Source: Callorhinchus milii (Eukaryota). From it: a DNA stretch of 64,000 bases. The stretch lies in contig NW_024704743.1 in the NCBI RefSeq assembly GCF_018977255.1, positions 95,730,001-95,794,000 on the forward strand, written 5' to 3'. Below, piece by piece: positions 1 through 13,746 of the stretch. The number at the start of each line of letters is the position of its first letter. Within the stretch, counting starts at the first letter, position 1. The notes under the pieces were generated by a model, which saw nothing but the letters and a program-made list of their open reading frames with translations, did not search any database and was not told where the DNA came from. The translations under genes were made by a program, and so were the position numbers.

Positions 1-322
1 CAAAGTTAGCCAAACCTGACCTGAAACCAAAAGAGAATTTCAAAAAAAAAATATTGAAATTGCACTCGCCGGACTGGATTCCTCCCACCCACCATTCTGG
101 CTAGCTGGGGTTTTAGTGTATTGGACATGTCTGAGTTGTGCATAATTTATTAATTTATGAGAAGCTGCCACCTTCATGTTTGCTTCTGATAAAATGCATC
201 CTTATGTAATCAGAAGAATGTTTCTTGCAGCACTGGTCTTTGAATAAACTGAATTCTATATTCCAACTTTCTTTTGCAGTTACAACAATCGATTCTATAC
301 AAAATATTAATTTGCTTCAAGG

Positions 323-454
323 ATGGCAGAATTTTGGTTGATATCTGCTCCTGGGGAGAAAACATGTCAGCAGACTTGGGACAAATTAAATAGTGCAACA
401 ACAAGGAACAATCACCTCTCCACCAACTTCAAGTTTGCAATTCCAGATTTGAAG
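323..454 (+). CDS. ATP6V1C1: V-type proton ATPase subunit C1, coding exon 1 ([19 protein letters not shown]...FAIPDLK)
   Basis: N-terminus matches V-ATPase C1; acceptor ttttgcAG ends at 279 (5'UTR 280-322); donor GTaaat at 455; 132 coding nt. Confidence 0.97.
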
Positions 455-504
455 GTAAATATGTTGTTGATGATGTGCGTTTTCAAGGTATGTGGATTTT
501 TAGG

Positions 505-655
505 CCATAGAACCATGGAATTATACAGCACAGAAGGAGGCCATTCAGCCCATCATATCTGTGCCGGCTCTTTGAAAAGAGCTATCCAAATCAATCCCAC
601 TCCCCGTGCTCTCCCCATAGCCCTGCAAACTTGTCCTCTCCAAATAGTTATCCAC
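505..655 (-). mobile_element. CR1-type 3' end; second copy at ~38385..38538
   Basis: Two similar copies in the window; CR1-like terminus. Confidence 0.7.
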
Positions 656-1426
656 TTCTCTCTGTCATGTGGAGGTTAGGTGTTAAAAAAATCTAATGGT
701 TGAATCAGAAATAGATTAAATAATCCTATGAAATATGATGGACTAAATGTCACCAATATAATGGCTGATCTCTAAAAGGAACAAATGCAATTTATTGAAG
801 TGAAATTAACTATTGCTCAATTCAATGGCTTGAGAAATGTTACCATCAGTCTTAACAAAAACGACTTAGTCTCGCAATGAGTGCTTCTAAATTGGGGGAA
901 GGACTTAAAGCTACTTTATACACTTAAAGCTACTTTATACCATTGGGGGTGGAATCCAACCTCTGTGATCAATTTTGGAGGGGAGAGGATGAAACAAGCC
1001 TTTTTTTTGTTGTATTCCAGTTTTCATGTATAATGCCATACAACATTTCTTCACATTTAAAATCTAAATGCAAGCAGACAAAATGATTCCTTGTGTAATT
1101 AAGACTCACGTGCAGAAGCATTCATAACTGTTACTTCCCTCTTTTAGCCTTCCCTCCTTCAGAAGCTTCCAGATTCAAATTTCAACTGCAAATATAATAA
1201 TCCTTGCATTTGATATAGCGTCAAATATTCTATATTCTCAAAGCACTTTACAGAATATTCTGTAAAGTGAATTGACTGTCCTTTTTGTATATTTGTATAA
1301 TTCCCTTTTAAAAGTTGTTGTACATTCTGTTGTGACTAAAATATAGTGAAATCCATTGACTGACTTCAGTTTGTTTTATAGATAGTATCTCATTTCGATA
1401 TTATTTTCTCTACTTTTTTTCTCTAG

Positions 1427-1494
1427 GTGGGAACCTTAGATGTTTTAGTGGGGTTGTCCGATGAGCTGGCTAAATTGGATTCATTCGTGGAGGG
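1427..1494 (+). CDS. ATP6V1C1: ATP6V1C1 coding exon 2 (VGTLDVLVGLSDELAKLDSFVEG)
   Basis: ctctAG / GTaagt boundaries, 68 nt, frame continues from the previous exon. Confidence 0.97.
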
Positions 1495-4044
1495 GTAAGT
1501 TATCAGAACGTTATAGAAAATTTGAAGTGTTGCTTTGTCAATTTCCTGAGTGTTTGGAAAAGGCTAATGTGAGTTTTGACTAAATTTAATGTTCTATCAT
1601 AAATGGAATAAGAGTTGCTGAGTATGCATCAATGGGGGTATACTCTTTTTGAACACTTTATTTTTCTTCTCTATATTGCTTTTCATCAGTATAAATTGAG
1701 CATTAAATGTTTGTCAAAATCGTGGGCATTCAGAATGGGAGCTCAAATGAGAACCATAGACTTTTACAGCCTAAAAAGAAAGAAGCCATTCTGTCTGTCA
1801 AGTCTGTGAGTTCGTTCGCTGCAAGAGGTATTAATTTACTCCCAACTCTCCATAGCTCTTAGTTTTTGTTTTCCTTTCAATTATTTGTATAATTTTCTTT
1901 TAAAAGCTATTATACATTCTGTTGTGACCAAGGTTTTCCATAAGGCGTTCTAAAAAATCTAGCCTTTTTTTTATTGTAATGATTATACATTCTTATATTT
2001 ATCAATTTACCAAACAGTGGAAATTTTCAGCATACTTATGTTATCAAAACCCTGATAATTTTAACCACCTCTATCAATTCTTCACTCAACCTTCTCTATT
2101 CTAATGTTAACAGCCCCAGTTTCTCATAAATTGGATTAAAAGCTGTCGTGGTAGAAGGTGATCAATATAAATTTATACTTTAGGTGCCATGTCAATTAAG
2201 AACCTACACCTGAGTCAGCAGCAAGGAGTTGTAATGTGGATTGTATAAAAATAAAGCTTTTTTTAAAATTCCTCAAATTTTCACTCCTTGTTTGTGGAAC
2301 ATCCCTGGTGCAGATTTGCTGCTGCATTTGCCTGTGTAACAACATTCACTTCTTTTCTAATCAATTATATTTGGTAAAGTGTTTTGAGACTTTTTTGTAT
2401 GGGAGGCACCTTACAAAAGCATGCTGTTGTTGTTGCTTCCATTGAGAGGTGTTTTTGTGAAGCGCCTCTCACAAAAAAAGTCAAAGTACTTTACAAAATA
2501 GTATTATTAAACTGCCTCAATGAATTGTCAGTGAATAGAATATCAGCTGTTCACTGCCATAAAAACATAACACCTAGAATAATTGATTCATAAAATGACT
2601 AGATGACTAATGAACTCTTCATTATTGATGGCACACGTAGAGGTTAACTCATAGTGTTCTCACAGATTCTGTCTGATTAAAAATGCTAGTTGCTTTCAAG
2701 AACTTCATTCAATATATTGAAAATTCAAATTGAAAACAAGATATTGTTTTAAATGTTATTTAAACCAATTAAAACACGTTTGAACCAAATTGCATTCATA
2801 TAGCGCCTCTCACATCGGGAAGACATCCCAAGGCGCTGAAATGTCAAATTGTGAAGCAAAACGTTGAGTGTACACAGTTTTTTAGCGCAGTCTTATTAGT
2901 TTTGTTGAATCTCCTAACATTCAAATGTGAAGTTAGCTGATTTTAATTCCAAAGTTTAGAGAATCGTGTGGAATCTAACAGAGAGACAATGCTCTTATTT
3001 TGGGATCCAAGTTAGTTCCAGATCAGTTTATTCAAGGAAACAAATTTTGCTTACTGCTTTTATTCAGAACAACCTGTTTGTTGAGGAAAAACAAGCAATT
3101 AATTTTAACTGGTGGAATGAGAGGAATGTGCCAGCTCTGAATAAAATGGAACTGAATGACAAAACTAAATTTATTCATGTGATATTTCATAGCAAACTGA
3201 TGAAGACTCTTTAATAGAACTGTATTCATTTTAGAGGATGATCTTTTTTGGGAGTACGTGCTAATTTTGGAATTGGAGCTGATGGAAAACATTCTGGTAG
3301 ATGAGTTGTATGATGTAATAAGGTAGTTGCTCTTGTTGATTTCTGGGCAATAAGAAGAGTCAGACCAGCTTATTCTTTACAGCCCTCCTTAATTAAAGGC
3401 CTGAGAACAGAGGAACCAAAGACACTTTGCAACTCATGCTTTGGAAATTCTTTACTTAATAAGAAATGTAAAGTTTATTAGTTCAATTATCACAAATACA
3501 ACAATAGTCAATAGTATAGACAGATGTCCGTATCAAAGTCAGTTGGCAAATTCAGAAACATCAGGCAAAAGTATTGCATCAGACGAAAAGTCTCTTGCTT
3601 CAGACCAGAAACCTCTTGCTTGGGGTTTGTTGATTATGAAGCCAATGTTTAATCCTCAATAATGAACTGCTGAGCTGTGTACTTTACTTTGCAGTTGTTA
3701 TAGGTTGTTATTCTTCTCCTGTTGTTTTCTAAACACTTTCTGTTGACCTGTTAATTATGTTAGCTTTGCTTTTTCCTAAAATTACTGGAATCAACAAAAG
3801 TTGACGAAACGCTGGAACAGTTTAAGTCTGACAGATTTTAACCCTGAAAACAACATACTTGCTTAACCATTTCATATCGTCACATAAAAGATTGCTCTTG
3901 TGTGAACAGCACCTGATTTGCTATGCTATATCCTAGGCTGAACAAAGTTTGGTTCAACCATACATCTTTTATAATCGATTTTCCACATACAGGATGGGAA
4001 AGTAAAATCTTTCCATTCTTGTGTCCATGAAGCAATTGTCTCAT

Positions 4045-4775
4045 AACAACAAGCAACAACAAAACTACATTTGTAGAGCGCCTTTCACGTCGGGAGGACA
4101 TCTCAAAGCGCTGAACAGTCAGGGGTCGGGCCCCGAGCATGGGGGAGGGGTGGTGGGGGTGAGGGAAGGAGAGAGGTGGGAGGGCGACCAAAGGAACGAT
4201 TGAAGGGAAGGGTCTTGAAACCGGCCTTGAAGGAGGCAAGGGATGAAGTTCCAGAGTGTGGGGGCAGAGAGGCTGAAAGCCCAGTCACCGATGGTAGGGC
4301 AGGTCAGGCGGGAGATATGGAGAAGACCAGAACCCGCTGAACGGAGGGAGCGGACAGGTTGGTAGGGAATCAGCAGGTCAGAGAGGTAGAGGGGGGCAAC
4401 CTTGAAAGTGAGGACGAGGATCTTGAATTCGATCCTCTGGGGGGTGGGGAGCCAGTGGAATCGGGCGAGGGTGGGAGTGATGGAGTCACGGAGCCTGGTG
4501 AGCAAGAGTACACAAGCTGCGGAGTTTTGGAGTTGGGAAAGTGGATGAGGAGGGAGTTTCCGTAATCGAGCCTTGATGTGACGAATGCATGCTTAAGGGT
4601 TTCGGCAGCCTGAGGCAGTGGCGGAGTCTGGCAATGTTGCGGAGGTGGTGGTAGGCAGTGCCGTTCATGGCGCGGATGTGGGGGGAGAAAGGACAGTTCA
4701 GGGTCAAACAAGACACCAAGATTCCTAGGTTGAATGTACAGCCGTGGATGCTGATGCTGCCAGCCCCCGAGGTGC
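4045..4775 (-). mobile_element. L2 LINE 3' fragment
   Basis: FDPELSF, SRLDYGNSL, FHWLPTPQRIEFKIL in shifted frames; same tail. Confidence 0.9.
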
Positions 4776-5279
4776 TCTCACATAAAATATAATCTACAGA
4801 ATTGATACTATACCTGCAGACTTGTTATTGTATTAGGAGAACATGAATTGTTATAAAACTTGAATTCTTATAGAAAACATCTTTAACACAAACATAAATT
4901 TGTTATGGGAAACCCTCTTCAACTACCTCAGCTACAATAATTAAGTTACCTTAGCATTTTTCTAACCAACATAAGCATGTTTAAGGCATTAATGAAAATA
5001 ATTCTTTCAACATAAGCATTTCTAGCTATTAATTATGATAATGCTTTTGATTACATGGGTTAACGTATCTTCACAATTTCAGTTATGAAGCAGGATCACA
5101 ACACTCTGAACACAAGGGGAGGCTTTACTTTACAGAATATCTACTTTACTCAAAACTGTTTCTTAAATGTGTGGGCCTCGACCACCATTCTTGGCAATCT
5201 ATTCCAGTCGTTAATTGCCATCTGGGTAGAGACATGCATTCTGATGTCTATCCTAAAACTGCCCTTTGCAATTTTGACC

Positions 5280-5752
5280 TTCAACTATCCTGTCTACCCC
5301 ACATCCGTGCCATGAGCCACTCTGCTTTCCTCCACCTCGCAATATCGCCGGGCTGTACCACTGTCTCATACCGCAGGCCACTGAAACCCCCATACACTCA
5401 TTCATAACATCCAGGCTTGACTATGAAAAATCCCCTACCAACCTGCCCGCTCCTTCTGCTCAGTAGACTCTGACCTGCTTTACGTGCCCTGCCTCGCCCG
5501 CCCCACCATTGGTGGGCGGGCTTTCAGCCACTCTGCCCCCTCACTCTGGATTTCACCCCACAGTCCCTCTGTCTTGGCGCCTCCTTCAAAATCCATCTCA
5601 AGATCCTCCCCTTCGACCGTGCCTTCGGTCATCCTCCTTCCCCCCACTCCTTGATCCCGACTCCCAGCTTGGGTCCGAAACACTAATTGTCCAGTACCTT
5701 GGGACATCCTCCCAATGTGAACGACGATATACAAATGTAATTTTGTTGTTGT
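5280..5752 (+). mobile_element. Degraded L2 LINE 3' fragment
   Basis: Similar to the L2 3' region; ends in ttgttgttgttg. Confidence 0.8.
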
Positions 5753-5986
5753 TGAACCCTTTTGTTGTGCTGCATTGGTGTATCAAGCTATTGTTCTGGT
5801 TGCTTGCTCAATTCTATTTAAAATCTTAGATACCTTCTGAGATTTTTCTTTCCAAGACCAAAGAGCACTAGATTATCTAATCATTGCTAATAGCACATTT
5901 CTGTAACACTAGGGTCATCCTTGCTTCTCTCTTCTGCCTCCAAGGCAATCCAAACACAAATAGCTTTTTAAATGAGTCCAGCATCT

Positions 5987-6305
5987 TAATAATAATAATC
6001 CTTGCATTTGATTTAGCGCTTTTCACGTCGGGAAGACATCCCAAAGCGCTTCACAGAACACACTGTAAAGTGAATTGACTGTATATTTGTGGGCGAACGC
6101 GGCAGCCAATTGCGCACAGCAATGTCCCACAAACAGTCGTAGATTGAAAATGACCAATTTATTATTGTTTTTGGTTTTGGAGGGATTATTATTAGGCTCT
6201 GTGTGGAGTAATGAAACTTGCCCAAGGTTTCGCCCTCTGCCTGGAATTGAACTCAGGTCTCTCACTTGCAAAGCGAGTGCTCTAACCACTGAGCTACAGG
6301 ACTCC
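5987..6305 (-). mobile_element. tRNA-derived SINE, young short subfamily
   Basis: A/B-box head, Deu-like body gtttgtgggacattgctgtgcgcaattggctgccgcg, L2-like tail, (TTA)n. Confidence 0.92.
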
Positions 6306-6607
6306 ATCTTGGCTTCAACCCCTTCATTCAAACAGTTAACAGCTGTTGATTATCCTGTGGGTTTCAAAGAAGCTACTTTGATTGTCTGTCCAAAATTATC
6401 CTTCCCAACCTGGTTACAAGTAGGAGTTAATCTGCACTAATATGTATATTTTGCCAGTAAATTCCAAGTTTCAGTTCAGACCAGCCTCAGTATACGCTGA
6501 TGAGGAATGTGTGCATAGGTGATGCACTTTTGAGGTTATGGAGGAGGGAGAGCTGTTTTATATTTACCCTTTTCAGATTTGTAACCCTCCTGATTATCTC
6601 TTTTCAG

Positions 6608-6693
6608 AGTTGTGAAGAAAGTGGCTCAGTACATGGCTGATGTGTTGGAAGACAGTAGGGACAAAGTGCAAGAGAACCTTTTGGCCAATGGAG
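6608..6693 (+). CDS. ATP6V1C1: ATP6V1C1 coding exon 3 ([28 protein letters not shown])
   Basis: ttttcAG / GTaaat, 86 nt, phase consistent. Confidence 0.97.
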
Positions 6694-6804
6694 GTAAATG
6701 GGGAAGTTACTAGAATGGTAGTTGAAATGCTCTCGCGTCTAGTTTATTAACTCTTCTCAATTAGGGTAATGTTTTTTACATTAATGTTTTCCCCCCCTTT
6801 TTAG

Positions 6805-6899
6805 TTGACTTGGTTACCTATATTACAAGATTTCAGTGGGACATGGCGAAGTATCCAATCAAACAGTCGCTGAAAAACATTTGTGAAATCATTGCAAAG
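6805..6899 (+). CDS. ATP6V1C1: ATP6V1C1 coding exon 4 ([31 protein letters not shown])
   Basis: ttttAG / GTtggt, 95 nt; conserved FQWDMAKYP motif. Confidence 0.97.
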
Positions 6900-7789
6900 G
6901 TTGGTGTTTAAAAATGGGTGGTGGCGGGGTGGAGGAGGAAGAGGCATGGCAGACTGAGGTTGGCTAGACACAGGAATAAATAATTCTTGTGTTTGGTAGA
7001 GTGCCCTTCATGTTGGGAGATCAAATCCAAGTGCTTCACATGATTTATGGTGGTGACTGTGTTAGCAAACGTGACTGAGAAGATACTGTTTACTCCCCCC
7101 CCCCCCCCCCCCCCCAACTCCACTTCCCCGGGTTGGTCATTTTATATCCAACAAGCACAGGGTTGAGCCTTCACATCAATGTGTGAGAGTTTGCCACCAT
7201 GTTTCTACTCACAGCTCTGTATAAGCTAATTATTTGAATAATAAGAAAGTGAGAATTTGCTAGGCGAAAGAAGACCAAGGTCCATCTAGTTTGCCTTCCA
7301 CCATCCTGGCATTCGCTTGACATGTCATGTCCCAAACTATACACTGTATTGTGAGATATTATTTCCTTGAAACAACTGAAGTAGTGTTTCCACAGATTTG
7401 TTCTGAATTTAACCCCCTTCAATCGCAGGCCATGTCTTCTGGTTCTATTGTTCAGTACAATACAAAAATATCATGGTCTACATTATCTATTCCCTTCAGA
7501 ATCTTAAAGAGCAACAATCATATTGCCCCTCAACCTTCTCTTGTCCAGTGTGAACATGTGAACAGTAATCCATACATAAGAAGTAGAATTATTATATTTT
7601 GTGAATAAACAGTTCTTAAGACTTTGACAATGCTGTGTGTTTTGCTTGCTATAAAAGAATGGTTGAAATAAAATTGTAAACATCTTGCACTTTTAAGTAT
7701 TCCATACACATTTTATTGATCTCCAGAATATAAAAAGAGTGAATGTCACTAACCTGCAATTTATACTATGTCTGTTTGCAAATCTACAG

Positions 7790-7881
7790 CAAGTAACCCA
7801 AATTGACAATGACCTAAAAGCAAGAGCGTCAGCATATAACAATCTGAAAGGAAATTTACAGAATCTAGAGAGGAAGAATGT
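7790..7881 (+). CDS. ATP6V1C1: ATP6V1C1 coding exon 5 ([30 protein letters not shown])
   Basis: tacAG / GTaagt, 92 nt. Confidence 0.97.
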
Positions 7882-8857
7882 GTAAGTTGTGTTTTGATGT
7901 GTATAATAATTGAAGTAGCATTGTCTTACACTAATGACTGTTGGCGGGTGGAGGCAAGCAGGGTTTCTTTGATTGACTTGGCTCCAAAGTGATGCAACTG
8001 ACAACATTGGGTCAATCTTCTGGTCTCTCAGACCATACCTGAGCGCTGTTGAAGATAGACCAGCCAGCTTTGTTGGTGTGACTTCAAAACATGGACCAGT
8101 TACTGGGGGCTGGGATTCTTTCCATTCAGCTCCTATTAATCCTGCAAACTAAACTGCTAATGAATATGGAGGCCTCGCTGGATGAGTTTACCAATGCTCT
8201 GCAATGGCAGGCCTCACAATTTTAACTGGTTAAGCTCCAGCACATGCGGGGGTCCCCAACCCCTAGCTCTTGCATCGTATGCCAAAATTCACCAGGATTA
8301 TGTAAGAAGGATGCATCACTTTGGAGAAAGCCTATGGTCCAGACCACAGAAATAGAAACCATACATGTGTGGAACTCTCAAGGCCTGAAATTCCTCCTAG
8401 GCCACGTTGTCTTAAAATTTCATATTGTGCAGAACTGTGGAAATTTTTTTAATTCACTCTTAAATTGGAGGTTGGTTCAGAAAACCAGCTTCCAAATTAA
8501 GCCGTTCTTACCTTCCTCTCTTCCTTTTGTTTTCTCTCCATTGATGGGAGTGAACTTTAAGTGTGTTAAATGTTCTTTTGGAACCACTGGGTGATAAGAA
8601 CTTTACTTGCAAACTGACTTAACTATAGTAGTTGTATGTTTCAGGTGTGTTCTAATTTCTAATTGTTTAACCGATTCTTGCCTGTGCAAATTGGGTCTTT
8701 AATTCAATGAATGCTTCAAGGTGTTCTGCAACTTAATTTTAAATATTGGACTTGACCTTACTGCATGCTTTTCAAAGTTGTATCTATTGCCATTTCACTC
8801 CTGAATAGAAATGAACTTCATAACTTTTGTTGTTTTGCCCTGGACTTTCCTTTGTAG

Positions 8858-8956
8858 GGGAAGTTTGATGACTAGAAGTCTAGCAGATATTGTGAAGAAA
8901 GAAGACTTCGTAATTGACTCTGAATACCTTACCACTTTGCTGGTAGTTGTACCCAA
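8858..8956 (+). CDS. ATP6V1C1: ATP6V1C1 coding exon 6 ([32 protein letters not shown])
   Basis: tttgtAG / GTaaga, 99 nt. Confidence 0.97.
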
Positions 8957-10114
8957 GTAAGAAGCTTTTTTTTACATGAAAAATAAATTGCCTTAATAAA
9001 CTTGAGATGAATATTGTGCTTTATCAGCAAGACTTAGGTTGTGGACTATATGTTTTTTAAAATAAGTTTTTAAATTTAGATGAAATATTCTAAAGAATGA
9101 TGGTACAATCTTTAATTGACTCATTAGTGTATTTCTGCACTGAACTTGGGACAGAAGGTTCTGGGGTCAGATTTTAACAGGTCGAATCACCTTTTTGAAA
9201 TTAATGAGTGGTGTGTCAAAAATTCTATCTTGGGAGAGTGGGTAAGCGAGAGCTCCCTAAGGCTGAACTACTAGCTTTAAGGAGATTGAACCACGTATGG
9301 AAGTTTAGTACCCAGGCTTAATAGTTCTAATATCTTCAGGAGTATTCTAATTGTATCTGTTAATAAGTTCCTTAAATACAGTACATTGCAGAGTTCAGAA
9401 ATTGAATATTTTTAAGAAACACTCATCCTTTGGATGAGACATTAAACTGATGTGAAGCGCTTTGAGATTTCTCAATGATGTGATAAGGCACTATATCAAA
9501 TGCAAGGATTATTATTAACTTTATTAGCACATGAGTATCTTTGATAAGTGAATTGTGAGATTGCAAGTATACTAAAACAGTTGTCAAAATCTTGTAATTA
9601 AGACATTTGATGTCACTAATGGAATTGATGGAATTAATTTGGATTGTGGTTTTTCACACATGTACTACAGAGAAAAAACGATGAGTACCAATTGCGATGT
9701 CTGGTTCTAATTGTCCGTTCTGTATTGTTCTCGTCTTGAGAAGTCTGCCTATAGACAGCTCCAATACCAGATAGGAATTAATTTGGCTCTTGATAATATT
9801 ATGATCTTAAGCAAAGACTAGTTAAGAATTTAAGTTTAAAAATTTATTGGAATCAGATGAAGAAATGCTGAGTTATTTTGCAGTCAATACAATGGCAATT
9901 TCAGGTTGCATTCTGAAACAACTGCCTGGGTGTGATTCTGGGAACAATGCACAGAATTGACACATATGTTAAGTTGCACTTTGCTAATTAAATGTGGAAA
10001 ATCGACTTAATAAACACAAACTAGAGTAAGCAGGCATTAAATACTTTGAAGTGTGGCTATTTATCTGTATAATGGAAAATCCTAGCATATGCAAATTCTG
10101 CTGGTACAAGAAAT

Positions 10115-10535
10115 GAACAACAAAAACTTGCACTTATATAGTATCTCAGAGCGCTTAACAGTGGCGGAGCCTGACTCCGAGCCAGGGGGAGGGGCGAGGT
10201 GGCTGTAAGCATGGTCGAACAGGAAAGTTTTCAGGCGGGACTTGAAAGATGGGAGAGAGCGGGCAAAGCCGAGGGATTGAGGGAGAGTGTTCCAGAGTTT
10301 TAGGGCGAAGTGGCTGAAAGCACGACCTCCAATAGTGGAGGGTGCGAGGGATGAGCAGAAAGCGGGTGCCAATCGAGTGGAATGGGAGTGAGGAGGTCAG
10401 AGAGGTAGGGAGGTGCCAGAGAGTGAAGGGATTTGAACACAAGTGTGAGGATCTTGAAGTCGATCTGTTTGGTGATGGGGAGCCTGGCCAGAACTGGTGA
10501 GAGATGGGTACGGAGTTTGATCCAGGTCAGTATGC
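10115..10535 (-). mobile_element. Older L2 LINE 3' fragment
   Basis: TIGGRAFSHFALKLWNTLP...FKSRLKTFLF. Confidence 0.85.
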
Positions 10536-10715
10536 GGAAATGAAATTACTGATCCTAAGAACAGATGTGCAAGAGGATAGGTCATTATTGATAACTTTCT
10601 ACAGTAGATTTAATTTATGGAAGGTAATCGTTTGAAAGATCAGTTACAAAGAAAGCAAAGTCTTTGTCATGATCTTTCTTTGTGCTTTATTTGTCCACTG
10701 CTATTTTGTCTTTAG

Positions 10716-10784
10716 AATAAACTACACTGAATGGGAGAAAACCTATGAAACCTTGGCCGATATGGTGGTCCCACGGTCCAGCAA
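10716..10784 (+). CDS. ATP6V1C1: ATP6V1C1 coding exon 7 (INYTEWEKTYETLADMVVPRSS)
   Basis: ctttAG / GTaagg, 69 nt; VVPRS motif. Confidence 0.97.
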
Positions 10785-11205
10785 GTAAGGAAAATCTTTG
10801 ATTTGTTTTGTCAGTGATGTCTTCATGATTTACAAATTGAAGAACTGTGCGAACTTGATTGTAGAGGCACATTTTAGGGAGAAAAGGAATTGATAGCTGG
10901 CATGTGGATTTTCAGCCTTCTACTGTAATGGAATTCCCTACAATTATAGTAAATTCTGGATAACTCATCACTCCAATGGAAAGGGGCCCAGTGACAAATG
11001 ATCTGACGTGATAAGTTAGTTGTGGGTGAGTTCATTCGCTGGCTCAGCCAGCACCCACTCATCGCATTAAAGGCGCAATATCAAATGCAAGTATTTTATT
11101 TGAATAGTTTGTCCAGAGCTTAATGTATACCCCAGCAATCTAAAAAACGATGTGCAAACTTTTTATGTAAGAGTTTTAATAAAAATACATTTTCTTTCAT
11201 AATAG

Positions 11206-11298
11206 ATTGATTTATGATGATAATGACAGTGGTCTGTACAATGTTACATTGTTCAGGAAGGCTGTGGATGACTTTCGACTCCAGGCCAGGGAAAACAA
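11206..11298 (+). CDS. ATP6V1C1: ATP6V1C1 coding exon 8 ([30 protein letters not shown])
   Basis: aatAG / GTaaga, 93 nt. Confidence 0.96.
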
Positions 11299-11388
11299 GT
11301 AAGACATTTGTTCTAAATGATTTCTATGAGCATTTCTGGTTTCAGAGTTCAATTCGCTTCTTCCCTTCTAGTCTCTCTTTCTTTTCAG

Positions 11389-11482
11389 ATTTGTAGTTCG
11401 TGAATTCCAGTACAATGAGGAGGAACTGAAAGCGGATAAGGAAGAGATGACTCGACTTTCAACTGACAAAAAGAAACAGTTT
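11389..11482 (+). CDS. ATP6V1C1: ATP6V1C1 coding exon 9 ([31 protein letters not shown])
   Basis: ttttcAG / GTatgt, 94 nt. Confidence 0.97.
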
Positions 11483-12194
11483 GTATGTATTAAAACTTTT
11501 CGGCTAGATATGTAGCTGGTTCCATTTATGCTGTTTTTCATATCCAATTTATTTTCCAATATATTTGGTTACTCATTCATACAATCACAACACATTATCT
11601 GTTGATAGTTGATATCAGCATTTCAATCATGGAGTATCATGGAAAACAGTTTTCTTATCACTGCCTCTAAAATACTTTAGGATTCAATTTGCATGTGCTA
11701 ATTGCGATTTCAGATTGCCGAGATTGAAAATCCATCTAATTTGCAATAATCTCAAATGGTTAATTGCTATTTCTGAAAACTGGCAAAATATTGCAAAAAA
11801 TGCTGAAAATATCTTCAATTAAAATTCCCAATATTTTGCTGTTTCAGTGGTATCTTACACAGTAGAGGTGTTAAGGGATATGGAGAAAGGCATGGAATTA
11901 AAAGATCTACCAAAATGCAATAAACTGGTGGGACAGACTCAATAGTAATCCTTGCATTTTTGACACAAGGAAATGCAAGGATTGTTACTGAGCCTGTCAA
12001 TGGGTTAAATGGCCTCCTCGTGTTCCTTTTTTTCCTATGTTCACATCCACTCTGTGAAATGTTTTTTGAAAGGATATTGCCTCTACTTTTGCTTTTTAAA
12101 AAAAATTAAAGGGGTTATTCTGGAACAGGATGTAGGCAACTGCAATAGCAGTATGTTGAAACAATTTTTTGCTTAAACTTGTTTTTGTTTCCAG

Positions 12195-12292
12195 GGCCCT
12201 TTGGTTCGTTGGCTGAAAGTTAACTTCAGTGAAGCTTTCATTGCTTGGATTCATGTGAAAGCATTACGGGTTTTTGTAGAATCTGTTCTAAG
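12195..12292 (+). CDS. ATP6V1C1: ATP6V1C1 coding exon 10 ([33 protein letters not shown])
   Basis: ttccAG / GTacga, 98 nt; highly conserved motif. Confidence 0.98.
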
Positions 12293-12334
12293 GTACGATT
12301 AATGACTTATTATACTAATGAGGTTAGAGTGTTA

Positions 12335-12750
12335 CCAACCTAGTCAGGCTGACAATAAGGAAGTGATAGACAAAACATTAATGGAATTTAAAATGGACAA
12401 TTTGCCATCATTGGATTTTACTCCAGAATGTTAAGGGAAGTTGATAGTAGATGTACCAATTAAAAATTTTCAGAGGTCTTAAAAGTGAGAAGAATTCCTA
12501 GGGATTCACGGGTAGCAAATCTTGTGCCAAAAAAATGGAGATCAGCCTGGAAACTGGCTAGCTGGACTCAAGGTACATGTTCCCAGTCCTGATATTAGGC
12601 AAAAAAAAATTGATAAGCACTTGGAGAATAATAAACTGATCGAGGAAATTCAATACAGATTCATGATAGGCAGATGATGTTTGACTAATCTGATTGTGTT
12701 TTTAAGGAAATAAATGAGCATAGATGAGGGTAATGTAGTGGAAGTTGTGT
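12335..12750 (+). mobile_element. Degraded CR1 RT fragment
   Basis: Decayed PRMLRE... and CLTNLI..F-like CR1 RT motifs. Confidence 0.65.
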
Positions 12751-13619
12751 GGGGAAAGAGGGGAGAGTGAGTGAATAACCATCCTAACTCTAAACTTAGA
12801 ATTGTGTCCCCTTTGTATTCCTCTACTAAAAAGGGAAGTGCTGGTCAACTCCCTTCATTATTTTTGAACACCTCAATTGGGTTATCTGTTAATCCCCTCA
12901 ACTCCAATATAAACCCACATCAACCCAGCCTCTCATCGTAGCTAATCTCCTCCAACCTACTACTACAAAAAAAATTATCAGTACTTTCAATGCATACCTA
13001 TGGATCGTTATACAGTGGCTTAAAGATTATTGTGACTATAAGTACGTATTGAGGTTGTGATGAATAAAATAATTGAACTGGATAAGCACTTGGAACATTA
13101 ACCACATGAAGAGACATGGGAAAGAACTGGAAAGTGGGATAAAAAGAGAGTGATTTGGATAAGTGAGTAAGTAGCATATGATATGTCGAATGGCCTCTAC
13201 TGATTTTTTTCAGAATATTTTATTTAAAATGTTAATAGTATTTATTAATTTACAAATTGTAGTTTAAGTAACCAAGGGTTATTAAATCGCAATTCAGTAA
13301 GCTTGTGAATACTATAGCTAGAAGTATGAATTGAATTCAGTAATTGTTAAGCAATGTCAAATTAAAATAAGTAATTTTTCCTTTGTATTTGAAAAGATAA
13401 AGTACTTCTTCATATCTGCTAATATACACTTTACATTTTGTGCTCCATTCTTTTCCTTTAGAGATTTAAATAGAACTGAATTTAGAGATTTGAGATAAAT
13501 TGGCTAACATTATCAATTTAAATAAAAAATCAAATCATAATTCACCCTAAGTGTTGAGTTTTATATAAATACCTTGGTACTCAAATATTGACTTTGTGCT
13601 TTATCCTAATTGTGTTCAG

Positions 13620-13746
13620 ATACGGGTTGCCAGTAAATTTCCAGGCAATGCTTTTGCAACCCAGCAAGAAAATGATGAAGAAACTTCGAGAGGTGCTTTA
13701 TGATCTTTACAAACACTTGGACAGCAGTGCTGCTTCTATCATTGAT
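13620..13746 (+). CDS. ATP6V1C1: ATP6V1C1 coding exon 11 ([42 protein letters not shown])
   Basis: gttcAG / GTaagt, 127 nt. Confidence 0.97.

Noticed and set aside
903..940. 19-bp tandem duplication acttaaagctactttatac
   Set aside because: Simple slippage duplication in an intron
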